DNA of 64,000 nt from Vicugna vicugna (Eukaryota): the NCBI GenBank assembly GCA_013265495.1, contig MU057822.1:417097-481096 (forward strand), in the 5' to 3' direction. Shown here in pieces: positions 48,501 to 63,500 of the stretch; the first letter of the stretch is position 1; the number at the start of each line of letters is the position of its first letter. Made by a program: the position numbers and the translations under genes. Under the pieces are notes generated by a model, which ran no database searches, was not told where the DNA came from, and worked only from the letters and a program-made list of their open reading frames with translations.

Positions 48501-51500
48501 GATAGTACGTTGTATGCTGGTGGGGATGACTCAGTAGTGAAGAAAACTCGACGCAGGAGGAGAGGAAGCTGTTGCATAAGTAGAGCAATCGGCCTTACAG
48601 AGCCAGGGAGACTCGACCTGCGCAGCAGTGTGGAATGCGGTGTGGGTAGAGGTGCAAGCTGGTTGGTAGGTTTAGTGAGAAGATGGGGGAAGTCCTGTGG
48701 GATCATTTCTGTTTTTAGAAAATAAAAATTGAGGATAGTTATCAGCTCTACATGAAGGTGTAGGAGGAGGCTGTGGCAGTTTAAGGAGAGGCTGGAAAGT
48801 TTGAAACAGTAATGAAAACTGAGAAAGCCAATCTGATCACCTGACAATTTAGAGTGCTGGTTTGAGAATTATGGTTGTGACTTGCTGGTGGTACTAGTCA
48901 GCCTGGTTGTGTGGCGTTTCCTCCAGCAATGTTTAGCAGTTTCAATACAGGTGTACAGTTTCCCAGGCAAGCACTTGGAGGGAGAAAGCAGCAAGGGGGT
49001 TGGTAATTGCTCAGGTGTGATGGTGGTGAGGGACCTTGGAATCGAAGCTGAGTATGGGGCGAAGGGAAAGCATGGCGGCCATGGTAGACCGTGAATGGGA
49101 GGCAGTGTCATAGATTGGGGCTCACTGGGATCGAGAAGGCTATTGTGGGAGTCCCAGAATAGGTGAGCAGAATGAGAGGTCACGGTCAGAGTAAGATGCT
49201 CTAAAGTCAGGATTTCAGAGACAATGCCGTTAGTGCAGTGTCAAGGTCAAGGAAATGACCGTCGGATTGGGATGGCAGAGGGGATGGAGGAGAAGATCAT
49301 TAGAGGTGAAGAAGGCAGAGAATCCAGGAACAGGGGAACTGGGGCATCATTCCCGTGGATGTTGATGTCTCCAAGGTGACAAGGATCATGACAGAAAAGA
49401 CACTGAGCTTGGTTCTAAGATCATCAGTGAAAGGAGGCGGAGGGGTGGGCTTGACTGTGTGGAGAGGACTCAGTGAGGTAATTTGGGATGAAGACTTAAC
49501 ACAGTGCCAGGCCCTCAGGTGGTGGTGGGAAGGGTGGTTTTTATATTAACAAAGAAAGATAAATAATTGCCATTTCCATACTCCTGGTGGGCAGCCCTCT
49601 TGGCCCAGGCAGATGAGTCACTTGCTATCTCGTCTGTTACTTTCTGAAGTTATTATCTTTTTATTTACTTATGTTGCTGTGCCACTTGGTTAGCTTGCTG
49701 CTATCTTGGCTCTTTTCATGTAAGAAATAATGGTTATGAAGTAAATGATGTTCTGGCAATTAAGTCATCAGTGTGATTTCTTCTGTTTCTAGTTATTTTG
49801 GACACTTGGAGGGCTGTGGTGCAGACCTGCACAAAGAAATTCGAGACACTTACTATCAATTTGTTCTGTCTTTGGTCAAAGCAATTAAAGGATTTAGTAG
49901 CTTAAATGACAGGTATGGAATAATTTTATAATTTCTAGAGAAAAAAATTACTTGTTTTTTGATTTTGTTTTGTTTTGTTTTTTTGTTTTTTGTTTTTGTT
50001 TTTTTCTGATTTTTAAAGAGATACAAGTCCAATGTTAAATATAGAAAAGCACAAAGAGTAAAATAAAAATAACCCCCAACCTCACCATCTAGAGCTAATC
50101 ACTAATGTTAATTTATTAGTATATTTTCTCCATGCCTTGTTTCTATAGGGTGTGTACAGTTCTTTAAAGGGGATGTGTCTTGGTTCATCTAAGAATCTGT
50201 AACCTGTTATCTTCAGTTTTTGATGTATTATGTGCAGTTTTTAAAACCTGAATATAAAGCCATTCCCCAGTCTCCTTCATAGTAAGTGGTTTAGACATAA
50301 ACCTTTAATCAAATGGTTCTTCTCTCCCTCTGAGCTGCGTGACCTGGGCCAGATGGGGCAGGCCCTGATCTTGCTATTTATCAGAGATGATTTTTACTGC
50401 TCAGTCCTTTACCATAAAATGTGCCCCCTGGTGGTCCTGGCAGGGTGGAAACCTTGCCTTACGCTTCCAGAACTCTTTTGCTTAAGCTATCCTTTGAAGA
50501 GGGTTTGTATGGAGTCTGAGAAATTTGAAAGGAGATGATAAGGAACCCAAGCCGGCCATCTGGCGTTTCCCTCGTCCCGCTGACACACACACCAGGTCTC
50601 TGGCTCACGTTGTTCCTGTCGTCTCCGTGGGCGACGGGCAGCCTTGGTAACGTTGACCTGCGTGGCCTCTTCAGGTCCTTGCTGCCTGCCTTGTCCTGTG
50701 TCCAGACGGCCCTGCTTCATCTTTTGGATATGGGCTGGGAACCCAGTGATCTCGCCTTCTTTGTTGACATCCAGTTACCAGATCTCCTCATGAAAATGTC
50801 ACAGGAAAACATAAGTGTCCATGACAGTGTGATCAGGTAAGAACCCCCCTGCCCTCTGCAGCTCCTAAAGGAGGTCACGAAGCACAGGAGTCATAGCGGA
50901 GTGGTTCAGAGCACAGACAGGAGCTGGACTCTGTAACATCCTGGCCTTGCCACATACTAGCCTGATGACCTTGGGCAGCGTTTTTAACTCCTTTGTGCCT
51001 CAATTTCCTAATCTTTAAAGCTGGAGGTAGTAACGGTACTTGCCTCATTGAATTGCTGTGAAGAATAAACAAGCTGGTTCTCAGTGTCCGGCGCACTGCC
51101 TGGGGCAAGGGCTGTATGGTGGTGGTGCTGGTGTGAACTCAGCGTCAGAATCCTCCTCATTCCTCATTTTTGGAGACCCTAGTACAGCTTGTTGGAGAAT
51201 CCTTTTCTGAATTTTTTTGTTACTACGTATATGTGATTTTAGCCACTATAACCTCTTGCATGTTATAAGGACTTAAGGTACGAGAAAGAAAATCATCTGC
51301 ATGGTTTTTTTTCCTTTCAACTTCTAATGATGGTCTCCCCACCCTCCTCAAGTCCACTTACATGTTGCCCACTCAAATCTGTAGAAAAGAAAGAAGAGAC
51401 TGGGAGAAGAAAAGCAACAGGAGGGAATTAGGAGGAGATAAATGAATGAGTCAGCACCAATTTTCACACTCTCAGAAGAGATGTTCTGGGCAGAGGAGAT

Positions 51501-54500
51501 AGAATTTAAGCTGTCTCCTTGTTTACCCTGCTGTCACAGGGCGCTCTTGGCAGAGACAGGAGGACTGGTAGGGGAGGTGTGGGCAGGACACCAGCCTGCT
51601 GGCTCTTCAGCTGACAGTCTGCTCCTGGTTTCTAGCTTTGCCGGCACCTCCATGATCCAGTCCTTGGGAGTAGGGACTGCAGCTTCCCCCACCCACCCCG
51701 CCCCAAAGCTAACTTTGAGTAGGCCTGAAGTCCACTTGTTGGAAAGCATGACTGAACAAATGTGTTTGTTGGTCAGTAAATATTTTGCATTTGCTGTCAA
51801 GTAAATACTTTTGTATTTAAAATTCTGGTGCTGATACAAACTGTAAACTGAAATTATGGAAATGTATAATTTCACATCTAAAAGGAGTCCGTGAGATTAT
51901 CCATTAGAAATGAGGAAACTGAGGACCAGGGCTGAGTGCTGTGTCCAGGTGTCCCAGCAGCCAGCAGGCGAGCCCAAGCCCCAGGCACTCCTGACTCCCT
52001 TCTCATGCTGTTACCACTAGGGTGTGCTGAGTGTGTCCCAGTTGGACCTGTTTGTTGTTTTTTGGGGTTTTGAAAATCACGTTATTTGGCTCCAGTGCCT
52101 GGCACATAGTAGGTTCACCACAAATAGTTGTTGGGTGGAATTCTGCTATGTAGATTCAACCTTTCAAGCTCTAATTCCTCACCCCTTGTAGTCTGCTCTG
52201 GAAGGGGCTTCTCCCTTTTTATTGATATTTGTCTATCAGATATCTGGCAAATCCTGGGACTTTGAAAACCAGCTTGACCTCTTCCCCTCAGATGTTTAGA
52301 AGTGCCCCAAGTCTTAGACCCACACGTAGGACCCAGAGTCTGCTAACCAGCATTTCCCTTGATTGTTGGGAGAGGCATGCTTTTCTCTCTTTATGTCCTT
52401 CTTTCAGCCAATGGAGTGAAGAAGATGAGCTTGCTGATGCCAAGCAGAATTCAGAATGGATGGATGAGTGTCAGGATGGCATGTTTGAGGCCTGGTATGA
52501 AAAAATAGCCCAGGAAGATCCAGAGAAGCAGAGGAAAGTAAGACCTCTCAACTAGAGTAATCTGAGTGTGATGTGCTAGGAGTCTGGAAGGGGGAGTGCC
52601 AGCAGGCTGTCTCCTGAGGGGGCTCCAGGCGGCAGCCAGTACCTCCGTGAGTTGGCTGTCACTGAGCCTGGTCTTTAGCTTGAGGGGCCCTGCGTCCTGA
52701 CCTGGCCACACTCAGGCAGGGGCTCCCTCCCATAGAACTGGGGTCGCAGGACATTGGCCTATGAGGCTGAAGTAAACCTTTAGGTGCTGGTTTATTAATT
52801 TGCAGTGAAAAGTAGACTTGCTGCAGGCCTTGGACTCTGGCGTCCTTGGCACATTCTTTTCCTGTGCGCAAGCAACAAGGGAAGCCGCGTTTCAGTCAGA
52901 AGGCTGCCTGGTGAGCACCTGAACTGCCATAGGTGCACAAAACCGCAATTACATGGTCGGATTGTGCCAGGCACCTGCTGCCGCAGCCATGTGAATCTTC
53001 TTCATTTTGCCTACTATGTGCCGGTTACTTTGCTCACACAGCATCTCTGTGGTGCTTGGATGGAGCACACCAGCTTGGCCTTTGCACTTTTTCTTTCTTG
53101 TATGTTAATACCTATTGGGAGCCATTCTGTAGTTCTAAGGCGGCTTGGCAAATTTGCTGTGGTCTACTACTGTATGGTGACTTAGGGATTTATTTTCCTT
53201 ATTTCCAGGCTGCAAAGATAAACTGTACTGTAGCCTCCAGGGACTTTACAGAAAAACAGTTTGCTCTTGAAACGGTGCCCTTACTCTCCCCCTAGAAAGT
53301 TTTTGTTTTTAAGTGTCAGCAAACATTGCTGCTTTTGCAGTGTTTCCTGTATCTGTGAACACTCCCCTTGTCCAGCCAAGGACCCAGACCAGAAGTCTGG
53401 ATGTTCTTGACCAACTTCCCTTTTGGTGGCCCCCATAACCAGGCAGCCCCCAAGGTTCCTCACCTCCTCCTCCTGACCCCTCTCAGAGGTGCACACCTCT
53501 CGCCGTCGCACTCACTGCCCAGTCCAGCCCTTATCGCCTGTGGGGGGCTCACTGTAACAGCTGCGGTCAGCGTCAGTCTCCCTGACTCCGGTCCTGCCCC
53601 CTCCAGTCCGTGCTCACTCAGCAGCCAGAGGAGGCTTTCAGAACGCTCAGATCTGATCACATGGCTCTTCTATTTAAAAACGGTCCATGACTCCTTAGAC
53701 TGGCGTTGGAGGCGCTTCGTGGTTTACGCTTTCTAACTTTGTCTGGTTATCCCTGCTTTTATTCTGTGTTCTACATACCGAATTATTGCCAGGTCCATGC
53801 CCCTGGTCTTGACCCTTTTGTGACCCCTGTAGAACTTGCTGTTTTTAATCCAGCTCGCCCACCTCCCTTAGCCCCACCCAGCTAGTGCCTGTTTGCCCCT
53901 CAGGTCTCACCTGAGGAATTAGCTCCTTTAGAAAACCTCCACGTGCACTTGAAGCCTCCTGAGCTGCCTGTCCGAGCACTTACCATACTGTTTGCTTGAA
54001 GGAATTCCCGACTAGACACTGAGCTCCTTCATCTCCTAACCCTAACACCTAGAAGAGTGCCTGGAGTGTCTTAAGTATTGAAGGATGAGTTGGTTAATGA
54101 ATCGTGGCCATATCTGAAGTCTGTTGGTTAATTGTGTTTTATTTCATCTTATAGATGCACATGTTCATTGCTCGCTACTGTGACCTGTTAAACGTGGACA
54201 TCTCTTGTGACGGGTGTGACGAGATTGCCCCCTGGCATCGCTACCGGTGTCTGCAGTGCAGCGACATGGATCTCTGCAAAACCTGCTTCCTGGGTAAATC
54301 GCGCGGCCTGCGGTCGCCATTCCCAAGAGGAAGAAGCATTTCTGTTTTCTGGATCTTGTCATGTTTTAAACTCCCACTGCACAGTAACCATACTGCCCAG
54401 CGATGCTCTCTGACTTGCTGGAGAATGTGAGCCTGTCTCCCCAGCTAAGTGGGAAACTCCAGAGCTCTGTTATCTGATGTGCTTCCATCTTCCATCTTGC

Positions 54501-57500
54501 TGGATGTAGGCACTTGATAAACACTCAGCACCAATGAATCAGTTGAGTTTTCAGGAAATTATTTTGCCCTCTGAATCATGCAGTGTTTACAAGAGGTAAA
54601 ATACACATGAGCAGACTTCAGAAATTCTTGACTCCTTTAGGCTTGTAGATGCTGAGGTAAAGCAGAACGACAATAGTGGGCAGCTGCGTCAGGCATGCTT
54701 TGTGTGCAGGGGCCAGGCGTGCAGAATAGAGCCCATGCCCTGGAAGCATTTACAGTCTTAGCAGGAGACAGGACCTACCCACAAAATGTATCTTCCAGTA
54801 CATGAGTGTACATGCTGAGTTACAGATGAGTGGCACAGGGTATTCTGGAAAAGTTCAGAAGTAGGGGAGGCTGCTATTGCAGGAAGCCTTGTGGAGGAGG
54901 TGGGATGTGAATGGGTCTTTGAGGAAAATTAGAACTGGATGATGTGAAGGAAACGGAGAGGGTGCGTCATCATCCAAAGCAGAGCAAGTCCAGGTACAGG
55001 GGAGGGAGCGTCCGGAGTGTGTTTAGACAGACACTCTCTGGGGTCCGCAGCTGAGTGATGGATTGAGACAGGTTGGGCCCAGATTGTGGGACACTGAGAC
55101 CCTAGGCTAAGGAATTTGAGTGAGTTTGCAGACAGCGGGGTAGGTTTTTCAAGCAGGATATTAACATGATCAGGGCTGTGCTAGAAGAAGGTGGTTCTGT
55201 CCGCATAAGAGGCTCCTTTAGGAAATCAATCACATTTGTGCCAGTGGAACTAATGTCTGCATTAGGTTCCTGGCAGTGGGAACAGAAGTGGATCAGAGGT
55301 AAGGAGCGTTAAGCAGGATGTATGACAGGGCTTGGAGACCTGCTGGACTCAGAGTAAGGAGACCAGAGCTGTCCATCTCTTTCTCACTCAGTGGATCTGG
55401 GGTTATGGAGGCTGTTTTCATCTATGATTCTGGAATGAAAAGTAAGGGCTAACACCTGATAACTTCTCAGTGCTTGTTAATAGGAGTATACAATAGATGC
55501 TTAATGTTGGTCAGAGGAGGAGTCATGGGAGACAGCTCACAAATTGACACGTGGACTTTTGCTGCCAAACGGTGGGCATGATGGGAACTGGTCATCTATT
55601 TGATCAGACTCTGCTGTGCTGGAAAATGGGTCAATCCACAGTACCATTGCTAAGAAGTTCTGTGCCAGGAATGTGGTTCATATGCTCAGAGCCACTGGGC
55701 AGAACGCCTTGGTCTCCAGAAGATGCCCTTGGCCTCTGATGTCCTGAGCAGTCGGTTGGAAACAGTCTTGCTTCTGGGGTTGGTTTGGGTTTGGAAACTA
55801 GCCCTTCTAAGAGTCCTTTGCCCAGTCCACCTCACACTGCTGTTTTCCCCCAGGTGGGGTGAAACCTGAGGGCCATGGAGATGACCACGAAATGGTCAAC
55901 ATGGAGTTCACCTGTGACCACTGCCAGGGTTTGATCATAGGCCGGAGGATGAATTGCAATGTGTGCGATGACTTCGATCTTTGCTACGGATGCTACGCAT
56001 CTAAGAGATACTCCTATGGGTATGTCTCAGGGGACCTCTAGCCCAGTAACCTTTTCTTCATGAATTCTTCTGCATTTTTTTAAATAATTAAAAACGTTTC
56101 ATTATAAAAAAATTTCAAACATACCCACAAGTAAAGAGAGTAGTACAGTGAATCCTCAGGTACCCATTACCCAGACTCAGTAATTAGGAAGATTTTGCTA
56201 TGTGCTTGGTTTATTCTTTTTTTTCCCTTTGTTAAAGTATTTTAGAGAAAATTTCAGACCTTTAATCATTTCCTTTCTACATTCTTCATATCCATTTCTC
56301 AAAATTATGGACATTTTCTTACATTATTAAAATGCTATTACCACACCCTGCAAAACTTCACAATAAGGAATTCTTACTTCGCCTAATTTCCGTGGACAGT
56401 CTTCTGGGGGTTGTGAAATCCTGCAGTGGTGTGTGCAGTGTTTGCGTAGGTTCATTTTTCTGAAGAAAGGACCCATACCTGTCTTTAAATTTTCAATAAC
56501 CACAGCCTTAGAAGTAACTGATACCCAGTCTGACCATGCACGTGGTCCCCTGAGACCCCATTCTCCTTTTTGGAGACTCACGAAGGCTTGCAGGCCTTAA
56601 AAATGTCTTGCCTTTGCAGCCACTTGCCTACCCACAGTGTCACGGCCCATCCGATGGTGACCATCCGGATCAGTGACCGGCAGAGGCTCATCCAGCCCTA
56701 CATCCACAACTACTCCTGGCTGCTTTTTGCCGCCCTGGCTCTCTATAGCGCCCACTTGGCTGGCGCAGAAGACGTGGACGGCGAAAAACTGGATCCCCAG
56801 GCCCGCGGCAACGCCAACACCCTGCGGAGCCAGTGTCTGCAGCTCGTCGGAGACTGTCTGATGAAGGCTCACCAGGGAAAAGGTAGTTGTTCCTCACACA
56901 CGGAAACCAAACCAGCCCTCAGCTGCCTGCAGAGGAACAGCCGTGGCAGCAGGGACGTTTGGGGCTCCGTTTAGAGGCAACAGTTGTTCCATAAGAGGTG
57001 CTCACCCTGGTGTGGAACTTATTTTTAAATCCCCGAATGCATTTGAGAGAAATGTTGGGTTAAAGTAGCATTTAGTTTCTCTAAAATATTTACATGAAGA
57101 TATAAAAAAGAATTAACAATTAAAACTTTTGACGTCTGGAGATGAAGTATTTAGCGTCTGAATCCACCAGACTTAACACTGTCAAAGGAATGCAGCCATT
57201 TTTTAGCCTGGAGCACAAATCTGTTTCCACACAATTGTGTTCTACATGAAAGCTATTTATAACTAAATAGTTTGACTAAGAAAATACCTAGATGACTTTG
57301 ACTTTACTGAGCGGGGCCAAGGAGAAAAATGTGAATGTTAAACTTCTGAGACATTCAAATTCCTTTCAGAATAATGGACTGACCCCCTATTCTAGTAAAC
57401 GTTAGGGAATTCAGACTTAGGTGAAGTAGCAGGTGAGTAACCACCAGTGCTTCCAAGCTATTTTGTTATCTATTTGTCAGTGGGAACTTAGAAATCTAGT

Positions 57501-60500
57501 TGTGTGGGGCTGCTATAAAGTTTCAATGTTTATGATTTTCTAAACAGACAATCCTGTTACATCTTTTATCCTCTGTCAGTAATAAAACACCAGTACCCCC
57601 CACAGTTGAAACTCCTGGAGTCTGAAATCAAGAGCTGAATAGATTTGGGCGGCCAGGGAGGTTTGGGTTGAAACTGGTTCAGTTTGTGGAGAACTCAGCC
57701 ATTGATTTCCATATAGTAGCAAATTGACTTACAGCATTTGCAGGAAATAACCCTTGTTAAAAATCTTCTAACCACTCTTACTTGCTTCCCACGCAGGTCT
57801 TAAAGCTCTAGCTCTTCTGGGTATATTGCCAGATGGTGACTCTACTGCAGAAGATCAGGCCCCGCCAGGCACCGTGCCCTCCCGAGCACCGGAGGAGCGG
57901 CTAGAGAAGAAAGCCAGCGAGGCGGCTGCAGAAGCAGCCGACGCGGGCCCTTCTGTGCGCTGCAGGGTGAGTAAAGGTTCTTTCCTGCGCAGAATCACAG
58001 GTGGGTCAGAGCTTTCACAACGCGGCAGCGGAGCAGAGGGGTTCAGGGCACGGGCTCGTGGCCCAGATCCCTGCTCTGTCAGAGCGTGGGCACCTCATCA
58101 CAAACTCTTCACTTCAGTTTTCTCATCGGTAAAATGGAGTGTTAATAATACCTATTCCTTAGGGTTGTGAGGATTTACATGCATTACACACGTTGAGTTA
58201 ATGTCTGTAAAGTGCTTAAAACAGTGTTCGCAGCAAGTTCCCTGCAGTGTTAACTACTCTTGTTACCTGCCTCCTGTGGTTTTTAGAAGAATTGAAGATT
58301 ATGCGCCTAAAGAGATTGGTTCCTGGCCCATGGTGAACACAATATATGTGAAGCTGTTTTTATATTCTGCCACCAAATTGGTGATACTCAGTGCTTACTA
58401 GTTACCAAGTAGTTCACATGTGTAGTTTATAGCAGTTTACATCTGCTTAGAGAAATAGAAATAGGCCTTTCCGGATTCCAGTGGGAGCTGTGACAGTGAC
58501 ATTAAAGTGGAAGAGCACCGCACAGCTTCTGCGATGCTGCCTCTGAAGCTTGAGCTGATGCTATACATGCCCCCCTGCTTTGCCTCAGGAGCTGCTGCTG
58601 TTTGTGCTCTGGTTCTGTTGTATTAACTAGTTCAGGGATCCCCATTTGCTGGTTATGGCTCACTGGGATCCCACTGTCATTTAGAGGAAGACAAAAGCAA
58701 AGATGGCTGGCAAAAACTTGAAAATTCTAGTAGCTTCATTCAGCCAAAGAGCCAGCACAAGACAGGCAGCATTACAACCTTCAAGCCTGTTTTGACCACA
58801 AAACCCCTTCTCCATGCAGCATTTTACCAACCCACAGATTACGCTGGGGCGGAGGGAATGTCATCAGTAGAGACAGGATAAATCTGCAGCCTTCATCCTC
58901 GAGTCTGGGAATAACTATCTTCTTGTGAGCTCCCAGCATCTCGTAATATGCCACCAACACTATGCTCCCCATGTAATTCATGTAATTACTTATTCATTTA
59001 TTTATATTAGAATAGACTCGATGAATTTTGTATTCAATGGATTAAAACCTATTACTTTTTATCATTTATTTTAATGCTCAAATTGTGCTATGTTTGGCCA
59101 GTGGAAATTCCTTTCCATCTGGCTTTTGTGTCTTTTGATACGTCTCCACTATTCTTTGAGCACTTCCTTAATTTTTGATACAAAAAGATGTTTATCTTAG
59201 GCTTTCCCTGTCTAGGGACTGGAATCAGCCTTTTTCTAAGGAACTCCCAGGGTATTATGTTTATTCCTGAAGTGTCCCTGCTTTGGGAGTCCTCTTCCCA
59301 TCAACAGCTGGGTGCACCCAGGGTACCCTGCCTCTGTCTCTGTCTCTTAGGCTTCTGTCTAGCAAACTGCAGTCTTCAGTACTTTCCCCACAATAGAACC
59401 TGAATGTCCCCACTATGATGGCCCTAATGACCATATCCTATTTAGGCCCTTAGTGCACATCACTTGTTTTTGAACTCCCATGTGTTTCTAGCCAATCCTA
59501 GGTCCTGTTAAAGGTATCTTCCCTCTAATGCCTAGAGGTACTTTTTGTTTTAAACTACTGAGAAGCCAACTTCAGCCAGAGGGATTCTGCCTGCAGTGGC
59601 CTCTGGCCAGTAATGAGGCCCCTTGAGTGCCCTGCGAAGCAGCTGCAGCGGCCCTCTGGAGTCCTGCAATAACAAGAGTGATCAGGACTAACGCTGTTTG
59701 CCAGAGCTGGAATTGCGTTGTTGTCACAGAGGGCCGCAGAGTACAGAGCGTATGGTGTTGGAGATCTTTTGAGAGGGTACATTTTTAACAAGGCAAGTAG
59801 CTCTCCCTGTCTCAGTCCCCTCTTTGGACAATCTTATAATCAGTTTTCTTAGAGGGCTGTCAAGGGTAGGATTGATGTCAAGGTTACAGTGTCCAGAGAG
59901 GGGAAGACAGGTCAGCTGCCACTGGGGGACGCCAGGGTCTTCTCATGAGCGTTTGGTGTTATACCGTGCTCCACCCTTGGCTCCAGGGTATCCTGGCCTT
60001 CCCAGGCTCCTCCATGCACAGAAGACCTCCTACATGGCCTGGTTTCCACTTATAAGCCTGTGTGACAACAAGGGAAAGCACCCTCAGGGCCAGGGAGTGC
60101 AGGGGATTTTGGGGTGACTCTGAGTGACTCCTGAGGAAATTCAGGCTGCGGACTGTCACCCTGCTGGTCTGGGCAGCTCACCGCCAGACTCTTGAGCCCA
60201 GAAAACCCTCCCAGATCCAATGAGGTCCTCCTTCTTAAGTCTCCCTGCCAAAATAGAATTCTCAAAAGTGTAAGTCAGCTTGGTGTGCTAGAAGGAAATC
60301 CACGCCTTTGTATTTTCCCTTTTTCCCCAAGAGAAGAACTTTGCACACTTGGCCTCTGAAAGAGAAATAGAGCGTGTTAGGGGTTTGTGATGGAGCCATT
60401 GCTTATGTGACTGCAGCCTCCCACAGAGCCGCGTTTGGAGGATGTTTGGGAGATGTGATGCAATGAGTACAGATTTACCATCAGAAACAAGGGATACTGT

Positions 60501-63500
60501 CCAGTGGAATTCAGAAGTGTTTTAGCTTGTGAAGACTGATTGACTAATGATTTTTAAAATTGCATTACGTTAACAAACTTTTATTACAAGAAACAAGCCT
60601 TCATTCTTTTACAATCACCATTTTGTTTTTAGGGGAAGAGAGATGTTCCTAAGGAAGTCAGACCTTTAGATTGCAAACTGAGAAGTAAGGCAGATAAAGG
60701 TGGAGCATTAATGAAGGATCCTTCATGCCAGACTCAAATTTCAGACTCACCTGCAGATGCTAGCACATCTACAGGACTTCCAGGTAAAGACTCTTTGACA
60801 GTTACCTTGATCTCTTTCATCTTAAAATGCATGCATACCCAGCCCTGAGTTATTTCTTGCACAAAGTTTAAAATTGGCTAGCACCGGGGGTACCCGGTTT
60901 CTCAGTTCTGCATCAGATGGTACTGATAACGCTTTGAAAGCCATCTTTTCTGCATGTTGCCTGCTTTCCTATTTTGCTTACTCCCTAATTTACTGAGTGC
61001 CTTCCATGTGCCAGGCACTGTGCTAGACCCTGGGGATGAAACAGGGACCAAGTCAGACAAATAGACACATAGCTCCTGCCCTCACGGAGCTTACAGTCTG
61101 GCAGTCTGGGAGGGTTTAAGACAAAGGTGCCTGTAACTGTAACTTTAGATGGAATGTGACTCTGTCCAGAAGAGAGGTGTGAGTGGGTATTAGCGGTAAT
61201 TGGAATCTAACTGGAACAAGTTGTGTCCCCATAAAACTCTTGTAAAGAAGGGCAGGGACCTTGACTGTGCTAGGACCTGCAGTGGGGAAGGACATTCAGG
61301 GCAGAAAGAAAACACGAGTGGGAACCCCCAAACGAATCCAGGATGAGTCTCTCAGGCAGGTGTGCAAGGAGAGCGTGGAGCACTGGAAGGGGGAACCAGA
61401 GAGGAGCTGTGCACTTTGCTGTGGAGGCCCTCAGATGCCTGCCTGGGGATGCAGCGGGAAGGTCAGCTGTGTGGTAGGAATATCGAAGGGCCAGGAGATG
61501 GAGGTGCTGTGGGCTAAGGAGACGGCCTCCTCCTAGGGCATCCCAGGGAGGCAGGATCCTTCGCACACGCCTGCTCTGTAGTGGAGGCAGGGTGAGCCCT
61601 GGCATCCTGCCCTGTCTGGGGGGCCAGCTCTCAGAAGGGCTGCTGCTCTTCTCTGCAGGGTGTGTAACTCTAAGTTCCAGAAAACAATCTGACACTCCAT
61701 GTCAATCCAGGTCATCAAAATCCACTCTGGTCTGATTCCAACTGAGGATCGACATCCTGATTCACATACAGTTTATTCACTTGTGAAGTATTTATTGAGT
61801 ACCTGCTGTGCTCCAGAAGCATTCTAAGTATGATACATCATTAAAAAAACAAAAATCTAGAAGGGAAGGCAGATAATAAAAATCAATCTCAGTGATATGG
61901 TATGTTAAAAGGTAATTAAATGCTATAAGCATGAAAGAGCAGGGGAATGGGGCAGGCGGAGGGGCTGGGATAGCTCGGAGGGTAGGCTCGACGTTGAAAT
62001 AGGGCGACCAGGGCAGGCTGGAGTCCCAGCTTTATTCTGTAGCCTCATCGGGGACAGTGCAGTGCTTTACTTGCCACCATACATACACAGAACCTGGCAG
62101 AATCTGAAAGTTTGATGTTTCACAACTCAGATGCTGAAAATTCAGAAGCATCTTCTCAGAAGCCTATTGAGGAAAAGGCAGTTACTCCAAGCCCTGAGCA
62201 GGTGTTTGCTGAGTGTTCCCAGAAGAGGATTTTGGGATTACTGGCAGCCATGTTACCTCCCTTAAACTCGGTAAGAGACGAACAACTTTAAAAAAATGAG
62301 GGGTGGGGTAGGGAGTGTTATGCATAGAAAAAATTTTTGGAAAGCCATGTACTGAAATTAGCTGTTAGTTGCAGTTATCTGTACCCTGTGAGTAGAAGTA
62401 AGATTAGAAGCAGGATGGTGAGCTGATACCTGAGAATGTTTATTTCACAGTCAGTTGTACCTGTGCCATTTATGAAAGGCACTGTGCAATTCCTTTGGCA
62501 CCAGGCCAGTTGTAAATAGTACAGGAAATGGGTGTTTAGTTGGTGTGATTATGTGGATTTGTATTATACAGGTTTTTCTCCCTCTCTTGACAGGACCCCA
62601 CGGTCCCCCTGATAGACCTGGAGCACGTGCTCCCACTCATGTTTCAGGTCATTATCTCAAACGCGGGCCACCTGAACGAAACCTACCACCTCACCCTGGG
62701 CCTTCTCGGCCAGTTAATCATCCGCCTTTTACCAGCGGAGGTAGATGTCGCAGTGACCAAGGTCCTCTCAGCCAAACACAACCTGTTTGCGGCTGGGGAC
62801 AGTTCCATCGTGCCAGATGGCTGGAAGACCACGCACCTGCTCTTCAGTCTGGGAGCTGTGTGTCTGGACAGGTAGCCAACCCCACTCTACCCCAGCTTGC
62901 TGTTCGTTTCTTTAAGTCAGTGGTCCTGCTGTTGATTAATTTCAGTGTGCTGCAGTACTGTGCAGGAATCTTGTGAGACTAGAATTCATTTTATTAGCAA
63001 TGCTGTCAGCCGACATTAAAACTATGCTTTTAAAACCCGCATTAAAACAGCTGTGCAGCCTGGGTCCTGTCTGCTGATTCAACTCTCTCTCTGGTGATAG
63101 ATACTCTGGTTTGTTTTTTCCTGAGAGTAGTAAATGTAGGCTTTGAGGCTGAAGAAAATAGATCTGTTTTTATTGTAAAAGTAGCATAATCCCAATACCA
63201 AATTTGGAAAACAGAAATGAAGAAAACAAAATCACCCTAGCTTGCACTATGTCAGTGCATCTGGTGCTGTTTTAATACATTTCTTTCCAGGCTTTTTTCC
63301 TTTGCATGAATGTGAGTGTGCACAAGCACGCACGAGTGTGTGACCCTTTACAGAGATTTTTTTTTAAACATAGCTGTGGACTGAGTGTGTGAGTAATAGA
63401 TCTTGATTTATTCTCTACTTACCATTATATGGAAAGCATCGTTCTGGTAGTTTTTGAACGAATTAATGAATGGCTCATTGGCATGCTTCTGGGTCTGCCT

